From Lama glama (Eukaryota): a DNA stretch of 64,000 nt. Of the stretch, positions 26,061 through 38,792 are shown piece by piece (the first letter of the stretch is position 1; every line of letters starts with the position of its first letter). Under the pieces are notes generated by a model. The model had not been told where the DNA came from, made no database searches, and saw only the letters and a program-made list of their open reading frames with translations. A program made the translations under genes and the position numbers. The DNA lies in assembly GCA_028534125.1 (NCBI GenBank), contig CM052816.1, positions 93,746,001 to 93,810,000 on the forward strand, read 5' to 3'.

Positions 26061-27275
26061 TGGGAACCAGGCAGAGTAGGAACCAAAATATAGAGAGCTC
26101 TTATTAAAGTTAGAATTTTACATGCCAGAATAATGTGTCTAAAACATGTCAGACATATTTCTATTTTATCACCTATAATGATTTGGGGATTAAAACTATT
26201 TTATTCTTAATGCTGTATGAACACCTCCTTATGTTACAGAAGGCATCATATACTTCCAAAAAGGTTTTCTGATTTAAAGCATAATTTATAAATATGAGAA
26301 ATACATTAAAACATAGTTATATAATAAAGATAACCACAATGAAACCCCAAATTTAATCACAAATGAAATATTATTATGCAGCTCCTGCTCCTTACAGACA
26401 ACTCTGCAGGTGCATATGTACAGTTATTTCTTTGTTTTTTCCTTTTCTTCCTGCTCTCTCCTTTCATTCTTTCTTTTTTCTTTTCTTCACTCCTGCATTT
26501 CTTTCTGTAGACACAAGTGTGCACCTAGCACCTCTGTCTATATTCTTATCTATATCTTTCTAGACATGCATATTTTGATCTACGTGGAAAATAAGTTAAT
26601 ATTTCACGTATTTATGAATATATGCAGACATACACCTCTCCACATTTATTTAATTGGCTCAGTCTGGTTTATAAATGAATTTTCTCAAAACTAAGTATTT
26701 TAATTAAGCTGTAAGTTGGCAGAGCCATCCTAATCCTTGTGGCTGTCTTACAACAAATGCTTACAAAATATTATTCAATATATTGCTGCTGCTGCGATGG
26801 CCATGATGGTAATTTTTAGTAACTTTATTATATTAATGCATATCAAAAGTTTCTAGATAGAAGTAATATCTCTATAATATGGGAAATTATCCATATATTT
26901 CCTCAAAAATGTGACATATTTTTTACCTAAGTTCTTTCTGAAGGATTATTACCTTTTACATTTTTATATTATCTCTATGACCCTTTTTATAACTGCTCTT
27001 TTTATAGTATTCTGTTTAATTTACATTTTATCAATTTTGTCTCTATTTTTAGGGACTTCCCAATACTGTAATCAAGTGAAAATCTCTGTATTTTTTTCTA
27101 TCAATTGCAATCAATAACTCAGATTTCTTTATTTCACATGAAGCCCTGTTCTAGTTATGGTGGAAATCCACTTTAAAAGAAGGTGAAATATGTATTAAAT
27201 AAAATGGCAATAAATAAGTAGAAAACAGGGGTAGAGTTCCTTCCACACAGTATATTCATGAAAACACAATAAGGG

Positions 27276-27644
27276 TGTGATGGGCTGAATGTTTATGTCT
27301 CCCAGAGATCTGAATGTTGAAATTCTAACTTCCAATGTGATGGTTTTAGAGAAGAGAATTTTCAGAGGTCATTTATGTCCTGAGGTTGGTGCCCTCATGA
27401 ATGGGATTAGTGTCCTCATAAAAGAGACCCCGAAAGGCATTCTCACTCTTTTTCTGCCACATGAGGACACACGGGGAAGCCAGTCTTCTGACTGAACCAG
27501 AACGAGGCTCTCACCAGAACCCCATTATGCTGGCACCTTGATCTCAAACTTCCAGCCTCCGGAACTGTGAGAAATAAATGTCTAATGTTTATAAGCTACC
27601 TTGTCTTTGGTAGTCTGTTATGGCAGCCCAAACTGACTATGACA
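27276..27644 (+). mobile_element. MaLR solo LTR (MLT1A-like)
   Basis: TG...CA termini; atgggctgaatgtttatgtctccc, ccctcatgaatgggattagtg, ccagcctccggaactgtgagaaataaatg, gttatggcagcccaaactgactatgaca. Confidence 0.92.
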
Positions 27645-27699
27645 CAGTGCAAAATTAAATTTGAAATAGTGAAAGAGTGTCTTTTCTTCCCCACCCCTA

Positions 27700-27891
27700 G
27701 CTTTTTTAAGATATAAGTGACAAAAATCGAATGTTAAGGCTCAATGCACTGTTTTTACATATGCACACATCATGAATTCATTACCACAATCCAGCTACTT
27801 AACATATCCATTACTTTACATGGTTGTGTTATTTTTTGTGTGTGGTGAGAACACTTAAGATCAACCCTCTTAGCAAATTCCAAGTATACAA
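27700..27891 (-). mobile_element. L1MA-type 3' end inserted into an older L1
   Basis: tgtgtgtggtgagaacacttaagatcaaccctcttagcaaattccaagtatacaa is characteristic of the antisense L1MA8/9-like 3' UTR. Confidence 0.85.
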
Positions 27892-29075
27892 GAATGATTG
27901 TCTTTTTGATCAATCATTTAGATATCCAAAATGCATCAACCCTTACCTCATGCTATACAACACAGTCAACCCTAGAATTGCATGTCTAAATAAAAAATAT
28001 AAAATAGCAAAGATGCTAGAAGAGCACATAGGAAAGCGTTTCCATTGCCTTGGGGAGGAAAAACACAAATTATAAAATAGGATGAAAAAAGAAGTTTCAA
28101 GCTTTATTTTTTTGCATTATATTAAGATGGAAATTTACTTTTTGTCAAAAGATATCATTAAGGAGGAAAACAAGCTCTGAGTGGAAGAAGATATTGCAGC
28201 AGATATATCTAAGGACTTGCATCCAGATAATAAAAACACAAGTCAATGAGAAAAAGTCAGAAAATCCTGTAGAAAAATGGTCAAAAGTCTTGAGGCAATT
28301 CACAAGAGTATATTCAAATGGGCAGTAACCATATGAAAAGTTATTCAACTTTATTAATCATCATAGAAATGCAAATTAAAAACACAACACAAAGCGCTAC
28401 GCAGACATCAAAATGACTAAAACAAAAAAAGGAATACAATCCTACGTGTTAACCATGAAAGTGAAGCCACCAGAATGCTCAGCTAGTGAGCATATAAATT
28501 GCTACGATCTCTTTTGAAAACAGTGGAGCAGTATCTGCTAAAGCTGAATTATTCATGATCAAGGACCCAGCTATCGTCCTCCCGCAACTCTCAAGAGCAG
28601 TGCAAACACGTGCTCAAAAGAATCGTATTCAAGGATGTTCAGAGCAGCTTTACATAAAATTATCACAGATGAAAATAGCTAAAAAGTCCATCAACAGTGA
28701 AATGGGTAAAGAAGTTTGGGGGTGGTTCACACAACAAATCCAAGAGAGCAGTGGCACTGCATGGACTGTAATAATGCACGGGCATGTGGGTGAAGCTCGC
28801 AAACTATTTTTTAAGAAAATAAAGTGAACCGAGCACATAACACACTGTAAGTTTCCGTTTATATAAAGCCCATGAGCAGACAAAACTCATCTGTGTAACT
28901 GGAACTTGGTGTACAGTTTCCCACATGCGAGCAGGATGAGAATGGAGGCCTCCAGGGACCGGGGGCGGGCTGCTGCTGTCGCCCACCCATTGTCACTTGC
29001 CGAGAATTCACCGAGATGTACTCTTCAATTTGTACGATTTTTGTATATAAGTTATAATTCATTAGAAAGCTAAAG
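27892..29075 (+). mobile_element. Old L1 (L1ME/MD-like) ORF2 end and 3' UTR
   Basis: cctgtagaaaaatggtcaaaag, catatgaaaagttattcaactttattaatcatcatagaaatgcaaattaaaa and gtccatcaacagtgaaatgggtaaa. Confidence 0.85.
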
Positions 29076-30639
29076 GAATAAAACACCTGATATAGTGAAG
29101 TCTGAGGGGTGAAAAGATGAATCACAAAAAATGGGCCAACAGTAGGAAAGAGCGCCTCGTCCTCCCCATGTCCATTTAAGGCAGCAGAAATAGTGAAAAG
29201 GCAGGTATGTTCCCTTGCTTCCAACAACAGTTTTCCTGTACAAGCAAATGCTATTTGTTATGTAAAATAGGAAAAGGCTCCCGGCTATTTTTCTCATATA
29301 AAAAACTGGTTTTTCACTTCTATAACTTTCTCTAGCTGAATGCTCTAACATTCAGCAGGTAAATTAAATGTATTCTGATAAAAGGCAAATATTTAATGAT
29401 CCATTTCAGGAAGTCATTTGCATGCATTTCTGAGAGATAATGCACTATCAGCAGTTGTAAATTAGTATTAATAGAATTGAAAGAGAAAATGTACATACCA
29501 ATCACATTACAGAATTGGCCCTTCACTGGCTTTAAAACAAAGCTAATGTGCAGTGTTCCTGAGATCTCATAAATGCGGCTTGTTCAAATACCTTAAAATA
29601 ACATGAGCAAGTATCTTTCACTTTCTAGGGCAAATGGTATGTATACCAGAAGAGAAACAAGAGTGGTTTGACTTTTATGTTTTGAAATTGTTCATGTCAT
29701 CAATCCATCATGTCCATCAAGGCCATGCTATGATAAAAGTTTGCCAAAACATCTTGTAGTGCTGGAGTATTTCTTTGCAAACTGCTCTAGAAACAGTATG
29801 GCAAAGGGGGGCATTACTGTTAGGATGCAGGCCAGTATTTTTTAGGACTACACCCACCCTTTCATGGTTCAGAAAAAAATCTAGACGTTATCTATTCTTT
29901 TCTTCTCTCATACTGAAAAAGTTCCTAGGGAAAAAATTATGGGAGAAGAAGGAGCAAAAGTTTTTCATAACACTGACGGCACGTGGGGAGTAAGGGCGTT
30001 ACAAGGTTAATCTGTTTTTCCTATGCTCACAGTAGCCATTGTGGGTGGAGAGCAGAAGGAGGCATCTGTGTTGCCAAAGTCCTCGGTCCCTGGGTGTTTG
30101 CCATGTGCTTGTTTACAGTGATTCAGGGAGACTCTTAGTTTCTCTATTTTAGACCAGGTTAGAGGAAACAGCATCCTAAGCTTCTCAATTACACTATTCT
30201 CTTTTCCCTGCTCGACTCCCCGAGGTGTTCATGTCTTATCCAGTTTCCTCTTTCCCATGTGACTTTTTTTCCCTCTCTGAATGAGTGGTCTCAAGCTTGC
30301 CTACTTTTTTCTACGTGAAAATTAACAAAACGAAACAACAAAAAAATACGACCCAGAGCTATCAAGGCTTCACAGTCCCATTGACCTAGCCCCTCCCACT
30401 CTCAACAATATTCCAAATTCTGAGGACTTGTGGGAACTCTGCAGTTGAGGACATTCTGATTTTAAACATCTTTGACATTTGATAAGTTCTCTAGGAAAAT
30501 CTTTTCACTTGTCTCTGTTGAATAAAACCCTAAATGCTGCAAAAGTCTCCTTAACTTTTGTCTGTTCTAAATGCTTTTCAGTGGCTACCAAAGGAAGTAA
30601 ATTCCAGTGTGTTTCCACCTTGTCTTTTCTCAAAAAAAT

Positions 30640-31375
30640 TAGCTTTATTTTTTAGAGTAGTTTAAGTTTACAGCAAAATTGAACAGAAGGCACAGAGATT
30701 TCTCATATACTCCCTGCCCCCACATATGCACAGACTTCTCTACGATTAAAATCCCGCACCAGAGTGGTGCATGTATTACAGTCAATGAAGCTGTGTTGAC
30801 ACATCATTACTGCCCAAAGTCCAAGCTTGCATTAGCGTTCACGCTTGCTGCTGTACATTTGAAGGCATTTGGACAAATGTATAATGATGTGTATCCATGA
30901 TTGTAGTATCATACAAAATAGTTTCACTGCCCTGAAAATCCTGTGTTCTGCCTACTCATCCGGCCCCCTGCCCAACCTGTGTCAATCATTGAAATCATAC
31001 AGTATGTAGCCTTTTCAGGTTGGCACCTTTCACTTAGTAAAATGCATTTAAGATTCATCTCCATGTCTTCTCAAGGCGTGACAGCTCTTTTTTTTTTTTT
31101 TAATTCTGAATAACATTCCATTGTCTGGATGGACCATTGTTTATTTATCCATTCACATACTGAGGGACATCTTGGTTGCTTCCGAGTTTTGAAAATTATG
31201 AATAAAGCTGCTATAAACACCCGTATGTAGGTTTTTGTGTGGGTATAAGTTTTCAGCTCCTCTGTGTAAATACCAAGGAGTATGATTGCTGGATCATATG
31301 AAAAGTATATGTTTAGTTTTGTAAGAAACTGTCAAGCTGTATTCCAAAGTATCATTTTGCATTCTCACCACATTG
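30640..31375 (-). mobile_element. L1MC-like 3' end
   Basis: ctttattttttagagtagtttaagtttacagcaaaattgaacagaagg...caccagagtggtgc...gagggacatcttggttgcttcc...aagaaactgtcaagctg. Confidence 0.9.
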
Positions 31376-33291
31376 TTTTTGAAATACTTTTTTACAGCAT
31401 TAATTGGATTTTGTTTTGTTCGAGTTGTCTTTTCTCTATATAGTGGTTATACGCTTCCTAAAAATAATAATATACATTTTATTTTTTATCTTTGTGAATC
31501 TTAAAACTATTTGTGCGTCTACAGCATAATAAGTACTAAGGCCTTATTTGTTACTTTACAGCAGTGTTAGTAATAAAATTATGCTTTTTATCATGTAGAA
31601 AAAACAAGCTTTTCAGTATTTGTCATATTTCATAATTAGAAAAAGGTTTTGCTATAAAATGATATAATTATTTTTGAGTCACTTCAATACTTTCATTATG
31701 AAATTATTTTTATCCTAAATGGAGTTATGAATCAGATCCATAGCATATTACCAGATATGTCATAATTCCCTAAAAATAATCCAGATTACATATAATTTTC
31801 AAAAATTGTTTAATCAGTGTATTTTTTATTCCAAAGTAATTATTCTACTTTCAAGGGCTTTTAAATTATGAAGTCTCTTTAAAATAAATATATCTAAAGT
31901 CAGTAATAAGTGGCACACTGAAATATACTACTGTTGGCTTTGTTGTCCAAATTACCCTTTCTTTTACAGCTTGTTTCTATAGCAATAGCATATACCTGAA
32001 TCATAGTTATTCTCATGTATTTCATTCTAACCTCTCCCACATTTTTCTGGTCAAGCTTGATTCAATTTGAAACTTTCTTCAAATCACTTCTTTTCTCAGT
32101 AAGTCTTTAGCAATACCCATAGAACTTCTATCTTATTTAAATCAGACTCTTTCACCTACTATCATATTTTGTAAATGATATTTATTCAACAAACTGTTAG
32201 GTTGTCCACTAACCTAATTATTTCTTTACAACTTTAATATAGATATAAATTAGATTTAATCATTTACATTGATACTATTTTGTATGAAACTATAAATTAT
32301 ATTAAAAGACAAGACTCTGAGAAGCTGGCAATGGGCAAAAATATGAAACCACTCTTAAAATCAATGTTGGCATGTGGTTTCTGCCTTGGGAGACAGCAGG
32401 AATCTTCTTTCCAGAGCTCTATTAGTCAAAATAGCAATAGAATTAGAGTGACATAGATATGTGAGTGGAATAACACTAAAATAATTCCAAAGTATGATGT
32501 TCAAAAAGTTGACTGAGTTGTCAAAAGCGGAAGACCATCACCATTGGAATATAAACTGAAAATCTTTTTGGTTGTTTTCTAAGTAAAGCTTGAAACAGTG
32601 CTTTCAAATACATTTGCATTTGATAAGAAAGTATTAGCCTGTTAAAAATTTAGCAAGAAAATAGGTGAGAGAATGTTATTATCTGAAAATCAACATACAG
32701 GATGCTTCAAGCTACGCTGTATCATTTTAAATATAGAAAAATAATGGAAATCAGCATGTACCCTTGTCTATAAAATATTGCTGGGTTTTTTTCTACCGAA
32801 TTATATTTTTATTATCTATATTAATAGTCATAAGCATATCTGTATCATTCTTAGGTGTATGTTGTATGTTATTTTCCAGTAATTTATCAATCAGTCTAAA
32901 AATCTATCAACTATTCATTTGAATTTGAACATGAATTAATTTATATATTGTTGCATTTTGTCATTCATCTATCATTCACATCAATGACTATTAGTTGACT
33001 GACAGGAGGTACTTGCCTCTGTGTCTGGCACTCAATAAGAATTGAAAGAGAAGTAGCACCAGGACAATTATGAGCAAATGTTTAATGATAGTTCTCCTTG
33101 TTCACATGCATGAACTTACATCAGAATATTTTTATTAGCTTTTTGTCTCAGTAACTGATAGTATGCATTCAGACCTTTTCTGCTTCAGAGTGGTATATGA
33201 GAGTTGTTAGTGAAATTTCCCTCACTGTCTCTACTGGGCATTAGTAAAATGCAACCTCTGGTACAAGGGGATTTTTGCTTAATAGTGTCCT

Positions 33292-33342
33292 AGAAGGAAG
33301 GAAGGAAGGAAGGAAGGAAGGAAGGAAGGAAGGAAGGAAGGA

Positions 33343-33394
<52 letters not shown>

Positions 33395-33447
33395 CAGACA
33401 AAGGAAGGAAGGGAGAGAGAGAGAGGGAGGAAGAAAGAAAGGAAGAA
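33292..33447. repeat. Compound (GAAG)n(GAAA)n microsatellite
   Basis: Long pure GAAG array, then GAAA array, then a GA-rich tail. Confidence 0.98.
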
Positions 33448-34607
33448 ATTAAGAAAAAAATCATTGTAGATAGCGAAGAAGCCTCATTGCTCACTGTCGA
33501 ATTGTGGAATAGCCTGTGATAGCATGCTTCCTAGACAGGAAAATACCTGTTGGTGAGGACAGGTCTAAAAGTGCCAAAGGAATTTCCTGTTCTGGATCCA
33601 AGGCTCTGAACAGGGTCTGCCTTCCCACTTCTGTGAGTGATCCTAAGAGATCAGTAACGTGGGAGATTACCAGGTGGTGGGGGAAGCTTTCTTTAAAGGA
33701 AAACTTAAAGAAATGACAAAGGCCTGAAAATAAAACCTTAAATCTGTTTATCTCTGTGTAGCAACATTATGAAGAGTGAAAATAATTAGCTGAGAGGAGT
33801 TTTCCTTGATTACAAAAAAGAAGAAATAAAGAAGAAAAAGGAACAAAAAGAAAGAGAGCAAGGAAAGTAGAACTGTTTGCCATTTATCATTTGTGAAAAT
33901 ACTCTAATGGTGGAGATTAACCAGGAGTATACATACAGTGTGTTGTGTTTTAAAGTCATTTCTCTATTTGATTTTAGGTGTGTATACAATGAGTAGTGAA
34001 AGATAGTGTAATATGCTGAGTTACGTATGTCCATTTTAATTTGCTTGTTTAAACTTTTTAAAGCAAGATTTTATTTTGAAGCATAACATTTCAAACAAAA
34101 TGTGTGATTTTTAAAAACTAGATTGTATAAAACAGGAGGATTTTTTTAAGGAGCATTGAAAGACCAGTTGAACGATTCTGATATCCTTTTTTGCAAATGA
34201 TTGGTTGTTCCCTTGATTATTCTTTAGATGTTTTCCAGGTGCCTTATCTGTTCACTATCTATCTATGAATACCCTCTTCTATTTCCAGAGGTGTTCTTTA
34301 AAGGTTAAAATTTGACTTTTTCTTAGTTTAAGTGACTAGTGATAAACTAATTTTGGAAACAACCATGCCAATTGTCTGTTATCTTCAGAGAGGGTTCTCT
34401 TACAAGTTTCCCTGCAGACAAACATTGTGATGTCTTAAATTCTTGTGAATCACTTTAATACAAAGAACGATAATAATAAAATTAAAACATAAAAAATAAA
34501 AAAAATAATATTGAACTGTATGGTGTGATGGAATGGATCAAATGTCAGTCCAGATGTAAGAGATCAAAAAATAATTTTTTTAAGTATTAATAATAAAAGT
34601 TTGAGTT

Positions 34608-34690
34608 GGGGGTTAATAGCTCAGTGTAGAGCATGTGCTTAGCATGCACGAGGTCCTGGGTTCAATCCCCAGGACCACCATTAAATTTTT
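34608..34690 (+). mobile_element. tRNA-Ala-derived camelid SINE (vic-1-like)
   Basis: gggggttaatagctcagtgtagagcatgtgcttagcatgcacgaggtcctgggttcaatccccaggaccacca followed by an A/T tail; A and B boxes visible. Confidence 0.88.
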
Positions 34691-37637
34691 TTTTAATTTT
34701 AAGAGCACTAATGAAAGACCAAAAGTCCTTCTAATATTTGGCACCAAATTCCACTGTTGTTATTCAGGAATTCCTTTATTTTATCTGAATATAATTTCAA
34801 TTTTACCATAAACAATTTTTTGGACTATTTCCACTGTCCCTTATAGACTTGATATTCTTTAAGAATACATTAGCAGTTTTGAGCTACAGAGAGAACATAA
34901 TCCACAGAGGCAATAGTCACCCTGAAGATGCCAAACCATTTGAAACTAGAAGATGTAGGTTCTGCAGCCATCACGTTGAACCCTGCACTCAAATTCCAGA
35001 GTGTTTCCCATTAGGGAAAGAAGTAAGGTGCTTGCACTCTTGAACTCTGGCTCCAGTTAATGTTTTCTCTGGCTATCATGCCTCGAGTGGGCTGATGAAA
35101 AACAAAATCTTCACTCTGTATTAGTATCTAACTCCTTAAGATTGGAAGTCAGAAATTTCAGCAAGACTTTCTTAATTTTGACCTTATCCTTTTAATTAGC
35201 CTTATGAGAGCAATAACAGTGATTGATATTCAAATTGCCCTCTTCCCACACCTTCCAGATAAGTCACAGATTTTGTTCAGAATATTTACACATAATATCT
35301 TTCCAAGAAATTCTAGTTTGTAAAACAAAAAGTTCCTGATTTGTATGAGCCATTTTTTGTTGTTATTATTTTGTTTTTCTCCCTAAAAAAACAGTTCTGA
35401 TTTCATTCTGAATTAACCAGTTACTAGTCATTTAGCCATGAATACAAGACTCCAGAAAGATATTGAGAATAATATAAGAACATGTTTAGCACTGATTAAA
35501 TCCATTCTGTAATATAAACTTTGCTTTTCTTTGCTGCTCCAATCATTATTCTAAATTCCAATTCAAACATAAAAGCATATTTCAAAAGTAAATGTGAGTA
35601 AGTTTATATTTTAGATCCCCCTAAATTGTGTGCCTTCTATAACTTTGATTAAAAAATTAAGACTTGAATGTACATAGGGCATCCCAGAGTGTGAAAGACA
35701 TTTGAGTATGAGTAAAACTGGGAAATGGATGAGTCTATCACCAGAAATTCTTTAAGAAACTGGTTTCATATGGAAGCCATTCACCCTATGGGAAATAGAC
35801 TGTTTTTACCTATGTATGAGAAAGTGCAGAAATTTTAACTTTTTATCAGAAATTTATTTGGTTTATAAAATATACTTAATATATTGGTAGTATAGTATAT
35901 GAATATAGTATAAAATACACAACATAGTAAGGATTCATTTTTTCTTATCGTGTGAACAATCAGAATATTGGGGAACTGTTGTTAGTCAATTCTAAGTACA
36001 CCATTAACTTCACCTATGTATCTTCAATGACCAGCTATTGTCTGCCATACATTAGATATCTGGTACTTAATTAATCATTTATTCTAGATGAAATTTCTAT
36101 AGCTGAAAAACTTCAAAAATCAATTACTGTAATCCTATTTGAAAGTTAGGTATTATTGAAAATCCCTCACCAGGCATATCTTGCCTAGAATAAACTGTAC
36201 TGTCCTAAACCACTCAGGAAGATACATTTTAGAAGACAAGAGCGTTTTCAAATCTGTTGTCCAATATTCAGATATACACCTTTTTGACACTTTCAACATT
36301 GGCTCCAAGCTTGTGAATATGACTTGGAGTTGAATATTGTCTATTTGTACCTTATTTAAGGAAAGACTTGGAAGATTAAAATACCACAAATTTGTCTTAT
36401 CACACACTTTTCAACATTTCAGACCATACTATATTCATATACCAAAATTTTATTAAGATCTTTCATGAAACTTTTTCTTTACCCTGAGCTTACAGAAAAC
36501 ACAAATAATTCATAATAAGGTGACAGGAACAAAATGTTGCTTCAACCTAGTGGTATAAAGTCATAATCGTGTTTATCATGAAAACTACGGTGGGGAATAA
36601 GCATATTCTGTACTTTAACATTTTATAAAGAGAATTTGAGATTAGATCTGAGCTGAACATAGCCTGGTATTTTAATTAAAAGAAGAGACTGCAAAGCCAT
36701 TTATAAAAGCCATATTAAATTAGCAGGTTACTTAATTTTACTTTCATGTTACTTTTCTCACTATGCCTTGAGGATTATTTTGAAACCTGTGCTTGCCCTT
36801 CTGCTGTAGAAGGTGATATAATACATTCCAGGAAGATGCTCATTGTAATGAAATTGCAGAAAAGTTGCTACTTTTTAATAAAACATACTGTAGATTTATC
36901 AACCTCAGTTCCACCTGATTCTAACTTCAAATGTCCTTGGTAAATGGTATACTATCTTCTAATAGAGTACCTTTTTCTTTCTCCAAAAATAGAGAATTCC
37001 TGCCAGTTTAATGTTACTGGACTGCCCCTGTGTAGAATGGCTGAGAGCAATAAACTGATACTAAGTACAGCATTGGATCTCTATGACTTGTGATAACAAA
37101 GCCCTAAAATATTAATTTTCTTACCTGACTTTTCTGTTTTTATATGTTGTGTATATTATACTCAGTCATGGCATATCAGACTCTAAGAGTTATATGTGCT
37201 TTTGAGCATTGTTACAAATTACAAATGACCGTACAATGCCTAGACTTGATAACTCTAAAGGAAATATTCAACATAAGAAGTAAAAGATGTAATACAAGTG
37301 AGCACTGACATTTAGAATAAAAAATAGTAATGGGACCAAAGGAATATTTCCCTATTTAAAATAAGGGTAAAAAAAGGCAAAATAAAAATTTGGAGGTTGT
37401 GCTACATTCCCAATGACTTTGTTTTTCACTCTAAGACGTCAAGAAAAACGTGTGGATTATCTGTATAAACAGCCTGGTTGACAATAGCCCACCAATATAT
37501 TAATGAATAACTCATAAAAAGGAAAACTCAATTATGTACTAAAATTTGATTTCAACAGCAGACCTATAGCCAGAACATGAAAGCTACTTCTTCTTTTGGT
37601 GAAGGAAAATTTCAGCCTATGAAAGAGGTTTTTCAAT

Positions 37638-38450
37638 AAACTTTTTAAAAAGTAGTTTTAGATTTACAGAAACATTACAAAGAAAAAATTTCCTCTCTGC
37701 CATGTACCTCGTTTTCCTTGCTAAATCTTTTATTAGTATAATGTATTTGTCATATTAAACTAATATTGATGCCTTATTTTTAAGTAAAATCTATACATTA
37801 TTTGCATTATTTAGTTTTTGCTAAGTATCTTTTCTGTTCTAGCACCCCAAGAAGGATATCACATTACATTTAGTTGTCATGTCTCTTCCGCATTCTCTTG
37901 GCTATAACAGTCCCCCAGAATTTTCTTATTTTTTGTGATTTTTGACAGTTTTGTGGAGGACTTGTCAGGTATTTTGTGGACTGTCCCAATAGTGAGATTC
38001 TTCTGATGATTTTTTCATGATCAGACAGTGTTATGGGGTTTTGAGAAGCAAGAGGTAAAATGTCACTCTCATTATGTCATGTCAAGGGTACAAGCGATCA
38101 TCACTGTTGACTTCAGCTTTGTTCAGCTGTCTGTGGTAGCGTGATCGTGTGTGCCAGCTTTCTAAACTGTAAAGTTATTCTCTTTTCCCATTCCTACACT
38201 TTACTTTTTAAAAGGAAGTCAATATACCCAGACCACAATTAAGGAGCTGGGGTGAGTTTAAACGTCTTCATGTTGCCTGAGACGTATCTACATATTTGGT
38301 ATTATTCTGCACTTGAAATGTGTCTATTCTCTTCATCTTATTTATATAGTTGAGCATATATTTGTATCTGTTTGGACTATAGGTATTTTATACTTCAGGT
38401 TATAATCCTATATTCTTTCATTTGTTACTCAGTTTTCCAGCTTGTGCTGA
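37638..38450 (-). mobile_element. L1MC3/4-like 3' UTR
   Basis: agtagttttagatttacagaaacattacaaag, gatatcacattacatttagttgtcatgtctc and gtcaggtattttgtggactgtccc. Confidence 0.8.
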
Positions 38451-38554
38451 AAACTTCTATGGACTTTGTCAAATATAGAGTCAAGTGTCGTGTGTCATGT
38501 AACTATCAGTAAACTGTCATACAGAAAAGTTTGACAACCAGAAAATATCTCTTC

Positions 38555-38792
38555 ATCTAATTATCTTTAGAGTTCATTTAAATTTAATTACCTCCTTAAT
38601 GGACCTATATCTAAAAACAGTCACATTGAGAGTTAGGGCTTCAGCATATGAATTTTGGGGGTATACAATTCAATTCGACATTTTAATTACATCTTCAGAA
38701 CTCCCTATACCATGCAATGGAACAAGTTCACAGGTCCTGGGAATTAGAGTGTGCACATCCTTGGTGTGGAGGCATTAGGTTACCTACCATAA
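38555..38792 (-). mobile_element. Two adjacent MLT1 LTR fragments
   Basis: taattacctccttaatggacc...cagtcacattgagagttagggcttcagcatatgaattttgggg, then ttaattacatc...ttcacaggtcctgggaattagagtgtgcacatcctt. Confidence 0.75.

Noticed and set aside
33275..33494. ORFs with RKEG/SFLP repeats
   Set aside because: Microsatellite translation.
34608..34680. tRNA-Ala gene
   Set aside because: The D-arm and acceptor stem are degenerate, it has an A/T tail, and a second diverged copy lies at 17.4 kb, so it is a tRNA-derived SINE.
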